A DNA stretch of 64,000 bases from an uncultured Holophagales bacterium (GCA_963842525.1 CAWJGT010000011.1:128001-192000); one strand, 5' to 3'. Counted from the stretch's first letter, positions 50,041-59,173 are shown. Notes: generated by a model from the letters alone, not told the origin. Numbers and translations are program-made.

Positions 50041-50326
50041 CAAGATCGACCGGCAGGTACTCCGGGTCCGTCGTGTCATCCTGAGCGTAGCGAAGGATCT
50101 GGGCGGCGGGAAACGTCCCAGAATCCAAGCCGGAGCGGACTCGCGGCCTCCCTTTCAGACAGGGAGAGGCTCGCTCCTCGTGGAGCCCGCCGCGAAGTCG
50201 CCGTAGTCGGAATCGAGGCTGCGCGAGTGAACCTGTTGTCATCTACGGCCGAGCTGTGCCGCCAGGGACTGCACACGCCAAGTCGTTGACTGCCAAGCAG
50301 ATTCCACCGAGATCGAAGCTCTGCTC

Positions 50327-50700
50327 ATGGACCCGGGACAACGTGCCACGGTCCATGGATCATGCGTCAGGGACCGCACTTCATGTGCCATGGACCGCAG
50401 TCAACGTGCCGTTTCCTTTAGTCAATGCTTGAGGCACCCGGGTCCGTGGCCCGTTTCCTACAGTCAATGCTTGAAGGCCCCGGGTCCGCGTGCCGTTTCC
50501 TTTAGTCCATGCTACAGGGCCCCGGGTCCGCGTGGCGTTTCCTGTAGTCAATGCTTCAAGGCCCCGGGTCCGCGCCCCGTTTCCTGTAGTCAATGCTTGA
50601 GGACCCCGGGTCCGCGTGCCGTTTCCTACAGTCAATGCTTGAAGGACCGCGGTCCGCGTGACCCTTTATCCAGTCCTCACCTGAGGGACCGCGGTCCATG
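50327..50700. repeat. 42-bp (2x21) tandem array, about 6 well-conserved units plus degenerate flanks
   Basis: Unit CCCCGGGTCCGCGTGCCGTTTCCTACAGTCAATGCTTGAAGG. Confidence 0.9.
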
Positions 50701-50784
50701 AGGCCTGCCGCGCGGACGACGTCGCTCGAAGTGCACGCGACGTGACGACGGGCGGAGGCAGTGCCGCTCTTCGAGCGGCCGGCG

Positions 50785-51235
50785 TCTTATACAGCCCTGT
50801 CGCGAGGGACTTCAGACGAACCGCGCGAGCTCAAGGGCAAGACTTGAGCCGCGTCCTAAAATGCCTTCATACCCGATTCCGTGACGTAGATCGAGTCCCT
50901 GCACCGGCCACGGTCTGCCCTCTCTGACGCAGAAGAATTTTTGGTCTGCCTGAAACGCCAAGTGCCTATAGGGCCAAGTCCCACCTCGCGAGACGCCTTC
51001 GCTCGTCATCACGACGTAATTGCGACTCTCAAGGCACCAGCCCGGCCAGAATGCCTATTCACACAAGCCTATGGTCTTGACGCGGATACGGAAAAGATGT
51101 AAGGTCAGCTAAATCAAGGAGGCTAAGAATCTTGCGCGCTCAAAACCCTTCGGCCGGCCATGGAGTCAACCGGCAGGTTGTGTCGCATACGCCAGCGCGC
51201 GGGGTGCCGTCGAATCTGTGAGGCAGAGGTTGGAC
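50785..51235 (+). other. Conserved non-coding platform copy B
   Basis: Colinear with copy A; ends GTTGGAC at 51229-51235; -35 to core distance 152 nt in both A and B. Confidence 0.75.
51077..51105 (+). promoter_or_regulatory. Sigma70-type promoter (Pc-like) in platform B
   Basis: TTGACG-N17-TAAGGT. Confidence 0.7.
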
Positions 51236-51250
51236 GCCGAAGGAACTAGG

Positions 51251-51907
51251 ATGCCGAGGCACTATATCTACAGAATTGACCACGACACGGGTTATGCTCC
51301 CCGCTTGGCAGGCAGGATCTGCTTCCTGTGTGGCTGCAAGAATACGACCGTGGAGCAATGGGCTGAGAAAGGGAGTTGGGTGATCGGTCTTGGTGGAAAC
51401 GGAACGGGAAAACCTGGCGCATTGATCTATGCAATGGAGGTCGACTCGACCCCTACGTTTGAGGAGTTTTCTCGGCAGTATCCAGCCGAAACAAGATACC
51501 TGCACAAATGGGGCACTACTCCAGAAGCTCCGGTGCTTCTATCACGCCATTTCTACTACTTTGGCCAGGATGCACCGAAGCTTCCGACAGCTCTCGGGCA
51601 TCTCGCCATCCGGAGCCAAGGTTGTAAGCGCGTGAAGGACGATGACATCTTGAAGCTTCAACGCTTCTTGGCTCGACACTACAGAGGACCTGGCCGGCCG
51701 AACAACCCTTTCAACTTTGATACGGGAGAAATTGACACCGACCCTTGCCTCATTGACTGTAGCCGTGATTCGGGTAGTTTAAAATCTGGTGGGGAAGGTC
51801 TGTTTACACTCCCCGGTGACAGAAAGAGCACTCGGCGGCCAACCCGGCGCGCGAGCTGGCAAGCCAAGGGGGAGGCGGCCAACCCGGCCGATCGAGCGGA
51901 CGGCTGA
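51251..51907 (+). CDS. Nmad2-like (nucleotide modification associated domain 2) cassette protein
   Basis: 'YIYRIDHDTGYAP..CFLCGCK..GSWVIGLGG..LIYAMEV..VLLSRHFYYFG'; RBS AAGGA; stop lies in the attC loop. Confidence 0.65.
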   Translation: MPRHYIYRIDHDTGYAPRLAGRICFLCGCKNTTVEQWAEKGSWVIGLGGNGTGKPGALIYAMEVDSTPTFEEFSRQYPAETRYLHKWGTTPEAPVLLSRHFYYFGQDAPKLPTALGHLAIRSQGCKRVKDDDILKLQRFLARHYRGPGRPNNPFNFDTGEIDTDPCLIDCSRDSGSLKSGGEGLFTLPGDRKSTRRPTRRASWQAKGEAANPADRADG

Positions 51908-51931
51908 GCCGCCGCTCATCGGCATCCTCGT

Positions 51932-53967
51932 GTGCGCCAAGACAAGCTTGGCGCTTCTTGCAGGGTGTAAGTCCCTGCCGGGTAAGGTCTAACCAACCAC
52001 CCGTACCGAGTGTTGCAGATCTGGCGGAGGAGAGTCGACGTCGACGAACCGAACAAGAGGTCTGGAGCGTACACAGGGAACCATGTAGGCCGTAAGGGAG
52101 ACCGCACCTCCCCCAGGTCTGGTACAGCCCCGAAAGCGCCGATTACAGATGCAGGCGGCGATCGTTTACGTTTGCGAGAAGCCCACGCGAAGGAATCGCT
52201 TTGGTGAGATTCTGGAAGCCTGCCGGGGTCATCAGGACATGGCATGCATGGAGAGGAGCGTCGAAGAACTTGGGAGACCCCATTGATTCCTGCACTCTTA
52301 GAGAGGCAATCTGCAAGGCGCGAGGCTGGCTAGGCACAGAAGGGGAAACCCGGACCCAGAGAGAATGCCTGGCGCCTAAACGGAGGATCGACGAGAGATG
52401 ACAGGTAGGCGACCTGAACCGAAAAGGCAAGGGAGACTGAAGATCATTGGGGAGTCGGATCAGCCCATAGTACTCCGAGAACGGGAGAGCCGTTCACATG
52501 GGGAAGGAGCTGACGGGAACCCGTAGCCCGCAAAGGAAACATGACCCAGATGCGACAGGCTGGACAACTCATGCCAACCTCCCTGCGGGGAATAGCGAAC
52601 AAGGCAAGCTCTGACAAGAACCACCGTTTCGGCAATCTCTTTGGTCTGCTGACCATGACGTTCCTTCTGTCCTGCTGGGAGCGAGTCAACAAGAAAGCTG
52701 CCAGCGGCGTGGATCGGGTTTCGGCCCGGGCTTACGCGAAGGATCTGGCGGGAAACGTAAGAGACCTTTGGGAGCGTGTGAAGCGGGGTAGTTACCGGGC
52801 GAAGCTGGTCCGGCGACGTCACATTCCGAAGGAAGGGAGTACAGCGACTCGGCCACTGGGGATCCCGGCGGTGGAGGACAAGCTGCTCCAGATCGCAGTC
52901 TCCCGCATTCTCAATGCCATCTACGAGCCGATCTTTCTGCCGTGCAGTTGGGCATACAGGCTCGGCCGTAATGCGCGGGAAGCAGTGCGGACGCTGAAAC
53001 AGGAGCTTCAGTTTGGTTGCTACGGTTACGTTGTGGAGATTGACATCAAGGGGTTCTTCGACCGGATCGACCATGAGAAGCTCATGGAGATGCTCGAGCT
53101 GAGAATCAACGATCGGCCGTTCCTGCGGCTGATCTGGAAATGGCTCAAGGCGGGAGTATTGGAAGAGGGTGGGAAGGTGATCCACCCGGACACGGGCTGT
53201 CCGCAAGGTAGTGGGATATCACCCGTGCTTGCCAATATCTACCTTCACTACGTTCTGGACCTTTGGTTCACGGAGGTGGTGAAGCCCCGGTGTAAAGCGC
53301 GGGCCTTCATGTGCCGGTTTGCGGACGATGTGGTGTTCGCCTTCCAGTGGCATGAGGAGGCCGAGCGGTTCTTCCGGGTCCTGCCGAAACGGCTGGCGAA
53401 GTACGGGTTGGAGCTTTCGGCGGAGAAGAGCCGGATGGTGCGGTTCAGCCGGTTCCAACTGGGCAAGAGCTCGGAGAGGTTCGACTTCCTCGGGTTCGAG
53501 TTCCGCTGGGTGAAGGACCACAAGGGAGTGGCCCGGGTGACGTGCCGGACATCGCGCAAGCGGCTTCGGGCGTCGTTGACCAGGGTGACCGAGTGGATCA
53601 AGGCCGAGCGGCACCTGCCGGTACGCCAGTTGGTGGGGGCGTTGAACGCGAGGCTTCGTGGGCACTATAATTACTACGGGGTGATCGGCAACTACGCAAG
53701 CCTATGCTCATACTTCAATCAAGCGAAACGGCTGCTGATGAAGTGGTTGGGGAGGCGGAGTCAAAAGAGCCGGATGAGCTGGGTGAAGTTCAGCGCCCTG
53801 CTGAAGCGATTTCCACTGGAGGAACCCTGGATCGCGGAGAGTCGGCATCGGCAGATGGTTCTTGTCTGAGTTGCTGAGTGCGGAAGCGAGGGTAACCGAA
53901 GAGCCCGGTGCGGAAAAACCGCACGCCGGGATCTGTGCGGGGGGCGCTTCGGCGTCCCTACCGCGAC
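51932..53967 (+). mobile_element. Group II intron (class E-like by DV/RT appearance)
   Basis: 5' GTGCG; DV GAGCCCGGTGCGGAAAAACCGCACGCCGGGATC; DVI ending CCCTACCGCGAC; RT ORF inside. Confidence 0.92.
52571..53869 (+). CDS. ltrA: Group II intron reverse transcriptase/maturase, no endonuclease domain
   Basis: 'ASGVD', 'RPLGIPAVEDK', 'DIKGFFD', 'GCPQGSGISPVLANIYLH', 'RFADD', 'FDFLGF', X domain 'LRGHYNYY'. Start may be 52541. Confidence 0.95.
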   Translation: MPTSLRGIANKASSDKNHRFGNLFGLLTMTFLLSCWERVNKKAASGVDRVSARAYAKDLAGNVRDLWERVKRGSYRAKLVRRRHIPKEGSTATRPLGIPAVEDKLLQIAVSRILNAIYEPIFLPCSWAYRLGRNAREAVRTLKQELQFGCYGYVVEIDIKGFFDRIDHEKLMEMLELRINDRPFLRLIWKWLKAGVLEEGGKVIHPDTGCPQGSGISPVLANIYLHYVLDLWFTEVVKPRCKARAFMCRFADDVVFAFQWHEEAERFFRVLPKRLAKYGLELSAEKSRMVRFSRFQLGKSSERFDFLGFEFRWVKDHKGVARVTCRTSRKRLRASLTRVTEWIKAERHLPVRQLVGALNARLRGHYNYYGVIGNYASLCSYFNQAKRLLMKWLGRRSQKSRMSWVKFSALLKRFPLEEPWIAESRHRQMVLV

Positions 53968-54000
53968 TGGGCGACGAACAACTAAAGAGGGACAAGAAAC

Positions 54001-54633
54001 ATGGCTGCAGTGCCCATCTCTACTCGCTCATCGCCTGATGTCGTCGCCAGCCTCTCGGACGCGATCTTCGGCCCGATCCAGAAGGCCTACAGAGTGGGCG
54101 GGTTTGCATTGGCATTCCTTGGCGTCGGGGTCCTTATGATGCTGACCGTCTTCTTGTCCGACACGACTGACTGGCGTGGCAAGGTTCTTTTCGCAGTCGG
54201 GGTGCTTCTAGTTCTAGCAACCGGCGTGCTCTTTCTGCTCAGGGATGTGATGCCTCTTTTTCGAGTTCAGCAGCGCATCGCAGAAAACCGCGAATTCATT
54301 GACGCAGTGCAGAGAACCGCGATTGACTTAACGACCGTGCTCGACTCTGTACAGGAACTTGCTGTCGAGAACGCCGAGCGAGTCACGGAGGCATTCGATA
54401 AGCTGCGTCCTGTCGTGCGTGCTCTACCTGTTGTCGGTGCCGTGGCCGACAGCGGTCCAGTAGTTTCAACAGCTGCGACGGCGCGAAAGATCGTTGAGAT
54501 CGCGACCAAGAGCCGCAACGTTATTGCCAATGTCCGTGAAGCCCTTATTTCTAGCAACCCAGAGCCTCTTCGACAATATTCGGCGGAGCTTGAGCAGATC
54601 AGTGCTTGGTTCAGAGAAGCCGCGTCGCCCTGA
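54001..54633 (+). CDS. Cassette 2-TM + coiled-coil hypothetical protein
   Basis: Starts 29 nt after the attC core; two TM helices then helical region. Confidence 0.7.
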   Translation: MAAVPISTRSSPDVVASLSDAIFGPIQKAYRVGGFALAFLGVGVLMMLTVFLSDTTDWRGKVLFAVGVLLVLATGVLFLLRDVMPLFRVQQRIAENREFIDAVQRTAIDLTTVLDSVQELAVENAERVTEAFDKLRPVVRALPVVGAVADSGPVVSTAATARKIVEIATKSRNVIANVREALISSNPEPLRQYSAELEQISAWFREAASP

Positions 54634-54669
54634 CGTGACTGGGCGGCAAGGGTACATGAGTAGGCGATC

Positions 54670-54729
54670 GCCTAACAATGCGCTGCACAGGACGGCTGAC
54701 GTCGCGCGGTGAGCTCCCATACGTACTGC
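54670..54729 (+). other. Degenerate attC (left half intact, right core mutated)
   Basis: GCCTAAC aatgcgctgcacaggacggc...cggtgagc tcccatac GTACTGC. Confidence 0.4.
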
Positions 54730-54787
54730 CGGCGCAACAGCCGCCACGCAATCGACATCAACAGCCCAACGCAAGTTTGAGGCGACT

Positions 54788-55281
54788 ATGGCGTTCAACA
54801 AGTGCACCCGTTGTGGTGCGATGATTCTGTTCGGCGGCAAGATCCTTGATCGGGTCTACTGCCCCTCGTGCATCTCCCAACTGGCCGACGAAGAAAAGGC
54901 CGCACAAGCGCGCGAAAGGCTCAACCGCGACCAAGCGGAGAAGCGGCACAACCTTGCGCTTGCGCGCGAGGCATACCGAGCGGCGCTGGAGCAACTCAAG
55001 CGATTGCCTGCTGACCCTGATCGGCGGCAGAGGGCCCCCTTGAGCTCGGGAGGCTGTATGCGTCTTGGACGCGTCACTTGGCCGGTAGCGACGGTGTAAC
55101 TCTCTTCGACGAGATGGCCCTAAGCAACGATATCCAAGCCGCCTGCGCCGCTGCGGCCGGCGCGAGCGCACCCTCCAGTGTCGAAGAGCGGCTTAGGCGT
55201 CTTGCAGCGCTACGTGAGCAAGGACTAGTGACAGAAGGGGAGTTCCGCGAGCGGCGCCAGCAGATCATCAGCGAAGTCTGA
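54788..55281 (+). CDS. Zn-ribbon + SHOCT domain cassette protein, frameshift near 55040-55075
   Basis: CxxC...CxxC N-terminus; SHOCT 'EERLRRLAALREQGLVTEGEFRERRQQII'. Confidence 0.65.
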
Positions 55282-55413
55282 AAGAGTTGTTGCAGCACCT
55301 TCCACTCGGCGCAGCCTAATCAGACGTCTCGGAAATTACACAGCTATCAGAAAGAGAAACTCAGTCAGGCTTGCCGGCATGCGTCTTTGCGACCCAAGGG
55401 GTCGCGAGAGCCG

Positions 55414-55563
55414 AGCCCGGGCTGAGGCCGCAGGCCGATGCCCTGGGTCAACAGGGCCCCACAGCCATGCGGCCTGAAAGGCCGCGAGAACCTATCTCTT
55501 GCGGCCTTTCAGGCCGCATCGGTGGGCTACCTTTCTACCCAGGGCATCGGCCTTCGGCCTCAG
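55414..55563. repeat. REPIN-like nested inverted repeat, right arm interrupted by IS110
   Basis: AGCCCGGGCTGAGGCCGCAGGCCGATGCCCTGGG vs CCCAGGGCATCGGCCTTCGGCCTCAG|CCCTGGGCT; inner GCGGCCTGAAAGGCCGCGAGA / TCTTGCGGCCTTTCAGGCCGC. Confidence 0.8.
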
Positions 55564-55647
55564 ATGCTATGCAGGGCGGGGGATGCAAAAGCGGGTCGCC
55601 GGTTGTATGTTTCGGGGGAACTTTAGCGGTTAGAAAGGAGAACCCCG

Positions 55648-56784
55648 ATGAACCAGACAACCCGCATTGCAGAGTCTACGCGAACGGAGGCGGTGTTACA
55701 TATGGCCCTGGAGCTCGGCGCCAGCGAGTGGAAGCTGGGGTTTGGTGTAGAGGCTGGACGGAGGGCAAGTCAGCGGACAGTTGCAGCCGGGGACCTTGCC
55801 GGGCTGATGCTGGAGATCGCGCGGGCCAAACATCGCCTTGGCGTGCCGGAGTCGGCTCGGGTGGTGAGTTGCTACGAGGCCGGACGGGATGGATTCTGGC
55901 TCCACCGGTTCCTGCTGTCGGAGGGAGTGGAAAACGTTGTCATGGACTCCTCGAGCATCGAGGTGAATCGGCGGCATCGCCGGGCCAAGACGGATGGGGT
56001 GGACGTGGAGAAGTTGCTGTCGTTGTTGATCCGTTACGAGCGCGGGGAGAAGAAGGTGTTCGGGGTAGCGCACGCGCCGACCCCCGAGCAGGAGGACGAG
56101 CGTCACCTGGCTCGGGAGCTTGAGTCTCTGAAGCAGGAGCGCACGGCCCACACCAATCGGATCAAGGGCCTGCTGGCCAGCGTGGGGGCTCGGGGGGTGA
56201 AAGTCGGCAAGGGCTTTCTGCAGCAGCTGGATCAGGCGAGGCAGTGGAACGGCGAGAGGCTGCTGGCGAGCTTGCGGGAGCGTTTGAGGCGAGAGGGCGA
56301 GCGTCTGGCTGTGCTGGAGAGTCAGATTGCCGAGCTCGAGCGGTTTCGCCGGACGGCCAGCGTGGAAGCGACGGAGAAGGTGCAGCGGCTGCAAGAGCTC
56401 AAGGGGATCGGAGGCAACAGTGGTTGGCTGTTCGTGGTGGAGTTCTTCGGCTGGCGGCAGTTCCGCAACCGCCGTGAGGTGGCCGGTTTGGCGGGTCTGA
56501 CGCCGATGCCTTATCAGAGCGGTGACACGGTCAACCACGAACAAGGGATCAGCAAGGCGGGGAATCGTCGGGTCCGGGCGATGGCGATCGAGATCGCTTG
56601 GGGCTGGTTGCGCTTCCAACCGCAGAGTCGCCTGAGCTTGTGGTTTCAGGAGCGTTATGGTCCTGGGAGCCGCCGATCTCGGCGGGTGGGGATCGTGGCC
56701 CTCGCCCGCAAGCTGCTGATCGCGCTGTGGCGCTATCTGGACTACGGTGTGATTCCTGAGGGTGCTGAGCTGAAGACGAAGTAA
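55648..56784 (+). CDS. IS110 recombinase/transposase
   Basis: 'CYEAG', 'AKTDGVD', 'GIG', 'GLTPMPYQSG', 'GISKAGN', 'VALARKL'. Confidence 0.95.
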   Translation: MNQTTRIAESTRTEAVLHMALELGASEWKLGFGVEAGRRASQRTVAAGDLAGLMLEIARAKHRLGVPESARVVSCYEAGRDGFWLHRFLLSEGVENVVMDSSSIEVNRRHRRAKTDGVDVEKLLSLLIRYERGEKKVFGVAHAPTPEQEDERHLARELESLKQERTAHTNRIKGLLASVGARGVKVGKGFLQQLDQARQWNGERLLASLRERLRREGERLAVLESQIAELERFRRTASVEATEKVQRLQELKGIGGNSGWLFVVEFFGWRQFRNRREVAGLAGLTPMPYQSGDTVNHEQGISKAGNRRVRAMAIEIAWGWLRFQPQSRLSLWFQERYGPGSRRSRRVGIVALARKLLIALWRYLDYGVIPEGAELKTK

Positions 56785-56814
56785 TCTGGGAGGAAAAAGC
56801 TCGGAGAGAAACGA

Positions 56815-56965
56815 CTGGTGGAGCGTGCCCGGCCCAGGGCTTGGTTCGGCTTCCGAACCGTTCTCTCAGATGGGGCCGCTCCGAGAGCTTGCCTGAGTCG
56901 CTCGACAGCGCATGCTGCATTTGGTGTCCTGACCCAAAGAGGTCAGCACGGATAGAAGCTGGAAA
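56815..56965 (+). ncRNA. Putative IS110 bridge RNA (target- and donor-binding loops)
   Basis: GCCCAGGGCT (56832-41) and CTCAG (56865-69) flank a hairpin and match the target; GCATTT (56917-22) and ATAGAAG (56952-58) flank a second hairpin and match the circle junction. Confidence 0.65.
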
Positions 56966-57242
56966 GGACGACTCCCCAGGTCCCTGCACACTCCGGGCAA
57001 GCGCCAGACGGACTGAGAACCAAGAAGCGAGAAAACCGGTGACAGGAGGGGGGGCCAGGAAAGGGAAAACGACGAACCACCACCCCGAGACGCTTGACAC
57101 CGGTGGCCCACATAGAAGCCCTGGGCTCCGTTCTGCCGGCCCGTTGGGCCGGGTGGAGACGAAATCTGCGCGCCGCACGAGGATTCTCAGGGGTAGTAGA
57201 TCAGGGCTGTACGGTGGCAGGCTCCGACTGAAGGCCGGCACT

Positions 57243-57920
57243 TTACTCTTGGGCTAGCGCCTGATTGATTCGGTCGGTCTGGGTGTAGTGTTTTTTCTGT
57301 CTGGCACGGTCGCCCACTTTGAAAAAAATAGAGATATTGAGAACTCTAAGCTCGGCGTTGATCTTGCCGACATCACCCTCTTCTGCCGCCTTGGCCCTGC
57401 CCAGCAACTCCTTCTCCTTTTTTATCAATGTGTTTTCGTCGACCTGGTCCCAGGATACTCCAAAAACTTTCATCGCATTTTGCTCGGCTACCTGCCTGTC
57501 TTCCTCGTCATAGTCCGCATCTACATAGTGCTGCTCGAAGTCTTCGAAGTCTTCAGGCTGGTAATTCAGAAATTTTTCGTTTGCCCGTTGGATGGTGCTA
57601 GCGATTGGCACATGGCGATGACACAAGACAGGGTTTCTCTGTGGTGCAAATTTGGCCTGCACCGCCGCCACTGCCTGCTGTACGTGCGGGGCTAGCGGTC
57701 GTGCGAGTAACGGCTTGGTCTGTGCTGCTGAGTGGATTGGCGGACTGGGCCGAACCCCGGGGATAGCGACGACGGGGGAGAGTCTTTTTGGCTGCGCTGT
57801 GGCAGACAGAGCCGCTTGGACATGCAGCGCCGCCTTTGGTCTCGCCTGAGGCACAAGAGGAATAGTTGGTTTCCGACTCATCCCGGTCATCTCCCTCAAA
57901 GTTTCTTGAATACTACCCAA
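57243..57920 (-). CDS. Hypothetical protein, low-complexity 'VQAK/TIQR' leader and lower-GC charged C-domain
   Basis: ORF with compositional switch after 'STIQR'; start uncertain. Confidence 0.5.
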   Translation of the reverse strand: MGSIQETLREMTGMSRKPTIPLVPQARPKAALHVQAALSATAQPKRLSPVVAIPGVRPSPPIHSAAQTKPLLARPLAPHVQQAVAAVQAKFAPQRNPVLCHRHVPIASTIQRANEKFLNYQPEDFEDFEQHYVDADYDEEDRQVAEQNAMKVFGVSWDQVDENTLIKKEKELLGRAKAAEEGDVGKINAELRVLNISIFFKVGDRARQKKHYTQTDRINQALAQE

Positions 57921-58163
57921 AAATCTCTCCTCTCTTCAAGCCGTTCGCCGGGCGCCTTCGTCTGTCGGTTCTGTCATCAGCCCCTCCTGATGGGCCTTAC
58001 ATAAAGAAGAAGTGCACGTAATGGCCCGGGCGGGACATGGAAAGGCGAAATTCCGCTCGCGGGTTTTCAGTGTATCCGAAACTCAACCGGCGCGGCCAAG
58101 CTCCTTGAACGGCGACCTGGCGCATGGCGCGGACGGCCGCTCGGGCCTCTATCGTCCCGGGCG

Positions 58164-58370
58164 ATGCGAGCCGAAACCGTGAAGCGTGCCCACCTCGGCG
58201 AGCGGAAGCTGGACCGGCTGTGCCGCGGTGAGTTGGGCCGGGCGGAGCGGCGCCGGTTGCTCTTTCATCTCCTGAAAGGCTGCCCGGTGTGCATCGCGTT
58301 GGTGCGCCAGCTCTGGCAACCGGGCGAGCGCCCGTTCCATTCAGGAGGTGTACGCAATGGTGGAGGATGA
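58164..58370 (+). CDS. Mini zf-HC2-like protein (HLLKGCPVC)
   Basis: Resembles the N-terminus of 12736-13980. Confidence 0.45.
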   Translation: MRAETVKRAHLGERKLDRLCRGELGRAERRRLLFHLLKGCPVCIALVRQLWQPGERPFHSGGVRNGGG

Positions 58371-58578
58371 GGACAGGCAGCGGAAGCTGACGCACCCCAG
58401 GCCGAGAGAGCTGCGTGGGATGCGGAGCGCCCTGTCGATTCCGGACGCGGGACTTGTCCTGCATCTGTTGGATTGCCCCCGTTGCGCGGCGCAGGCTCGC
58501 AAGGTGCTCGCGCCGAAGCCTGTCCGCAGCCGCCGTCCAGCGATCGAGCCGACAGAAACCGGGGACGAGCCCGCATGA
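58357..58578 (+). CDS. Mini zf-HC2-like protein (HLLDCPRC)
   Basis: RBS AGGAGG; HxxxCxxC; ATGA overlap with next ORF. Confidence 0.45.
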   Translation: MVEDEDRQRKLTHPRPRELRGMRSALSIPDAGLVLHLLDCPRCAAQARKVLAPKPVRSRRPAIEPTETGDEPA

Positions 58579-59144
58579 CCATCGCCACCCCCGGCTGGAG
58601 AGCGGAGGCCGCAAGCTCGCAGGACGAACGCCGCAGGTACGGCATCTATGCCACCCCGCGGCCGGTCGTGGACTATCTCCTGCGGTCGGTGGATTTTCTG
58701 TTGCGGTCCAGGCTCGGCCGGGCAGCCGGGCTCGCCGACGGCGAGGTGCGGTTGGTCGATCCCGCGGCGGGGCCGGCGAATTTCGTCCTTGCGGCGTGGC
58801 GGGAAGCCATCACATTTCAGCGGCGGCGCGGCGGGAGCGAGCAGGAGATGATCCGAGACCACCTCCTGCCGCACTTCCTGGGCGTCGAGGTCCGCGAGGC
58901 GGCATGGTCCCGTGGGTGCGACGCGATGCGCCGGTTTCTGAAGGTTTTGGATTATCCGCTCGGGCCGGCGGAGCCCCTGCCCGCATTGCTGGCGAATTCC
59001 CTGACGCCGCCGCCGGAGCTGTTGCCGATCCAAGCGCCGGCAGAGCCTTCTCCCCCGCCCCCTCTCCCGTTCGGGGTGGGGGCCGGGGGAACGCACGGGA
59101 GAGGCGGGAGAGGGGGCCAGGGGGTGAGGGTCCGGCCCGTGTAG
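58575..59144 (+). pseudogene. N6-adenine DNA methyltransferase fragment (type ISP/IIG-like), truncated at a REP
   Basis: 'RRRYGIYATPRPVVDYLLRSV', 'LVDPAAGPANF', 'LANSL'; no NPPY before the REP at about 59051. Confidence 0.65.
59051..59131. repeat. REP-like palindrome (CCCTCACCCC family, reverse orientation)
   Basis: GGGAGAGGGGGCCAGGGGGTGAGGG. Confidence 0.7.
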
Positions 59145-59173
59145 TATGCTGAGGCCCCTTTTGGCGTCAGCGC

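Larger units (their letters stand above)
51877..53972 (+). other. 60-bp attC site split by group II intron
   Basis: Joined exons: GGCCAAC ccg gccgatCgagcggAcggc tga gccg ccgctc atcggc atcctc GT|TGGGC, with two extrahelical bases. Confidence 0.85.
55562..57118 (+). mobile_element. IS110-family element, short left end, long right end, AG core at both junctions
   Basis: Removing 55564-57118 restores the REP arm; right end has TTGACA (57094) and CATAGAAG. Confidence 0.88.

Noticed and set aside
52571-53869. Retron, DGR or defence-associated RT
   Set aside because: Flanked by clear group II intron 5' end, DV and DVI, with a maturase X domain.
55315-55370. attC after the SHOCT cassette (GCCTAAT...)
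   Set aside because: Only an inverse-core-like heptamer; no complementary arm or GTT core found.
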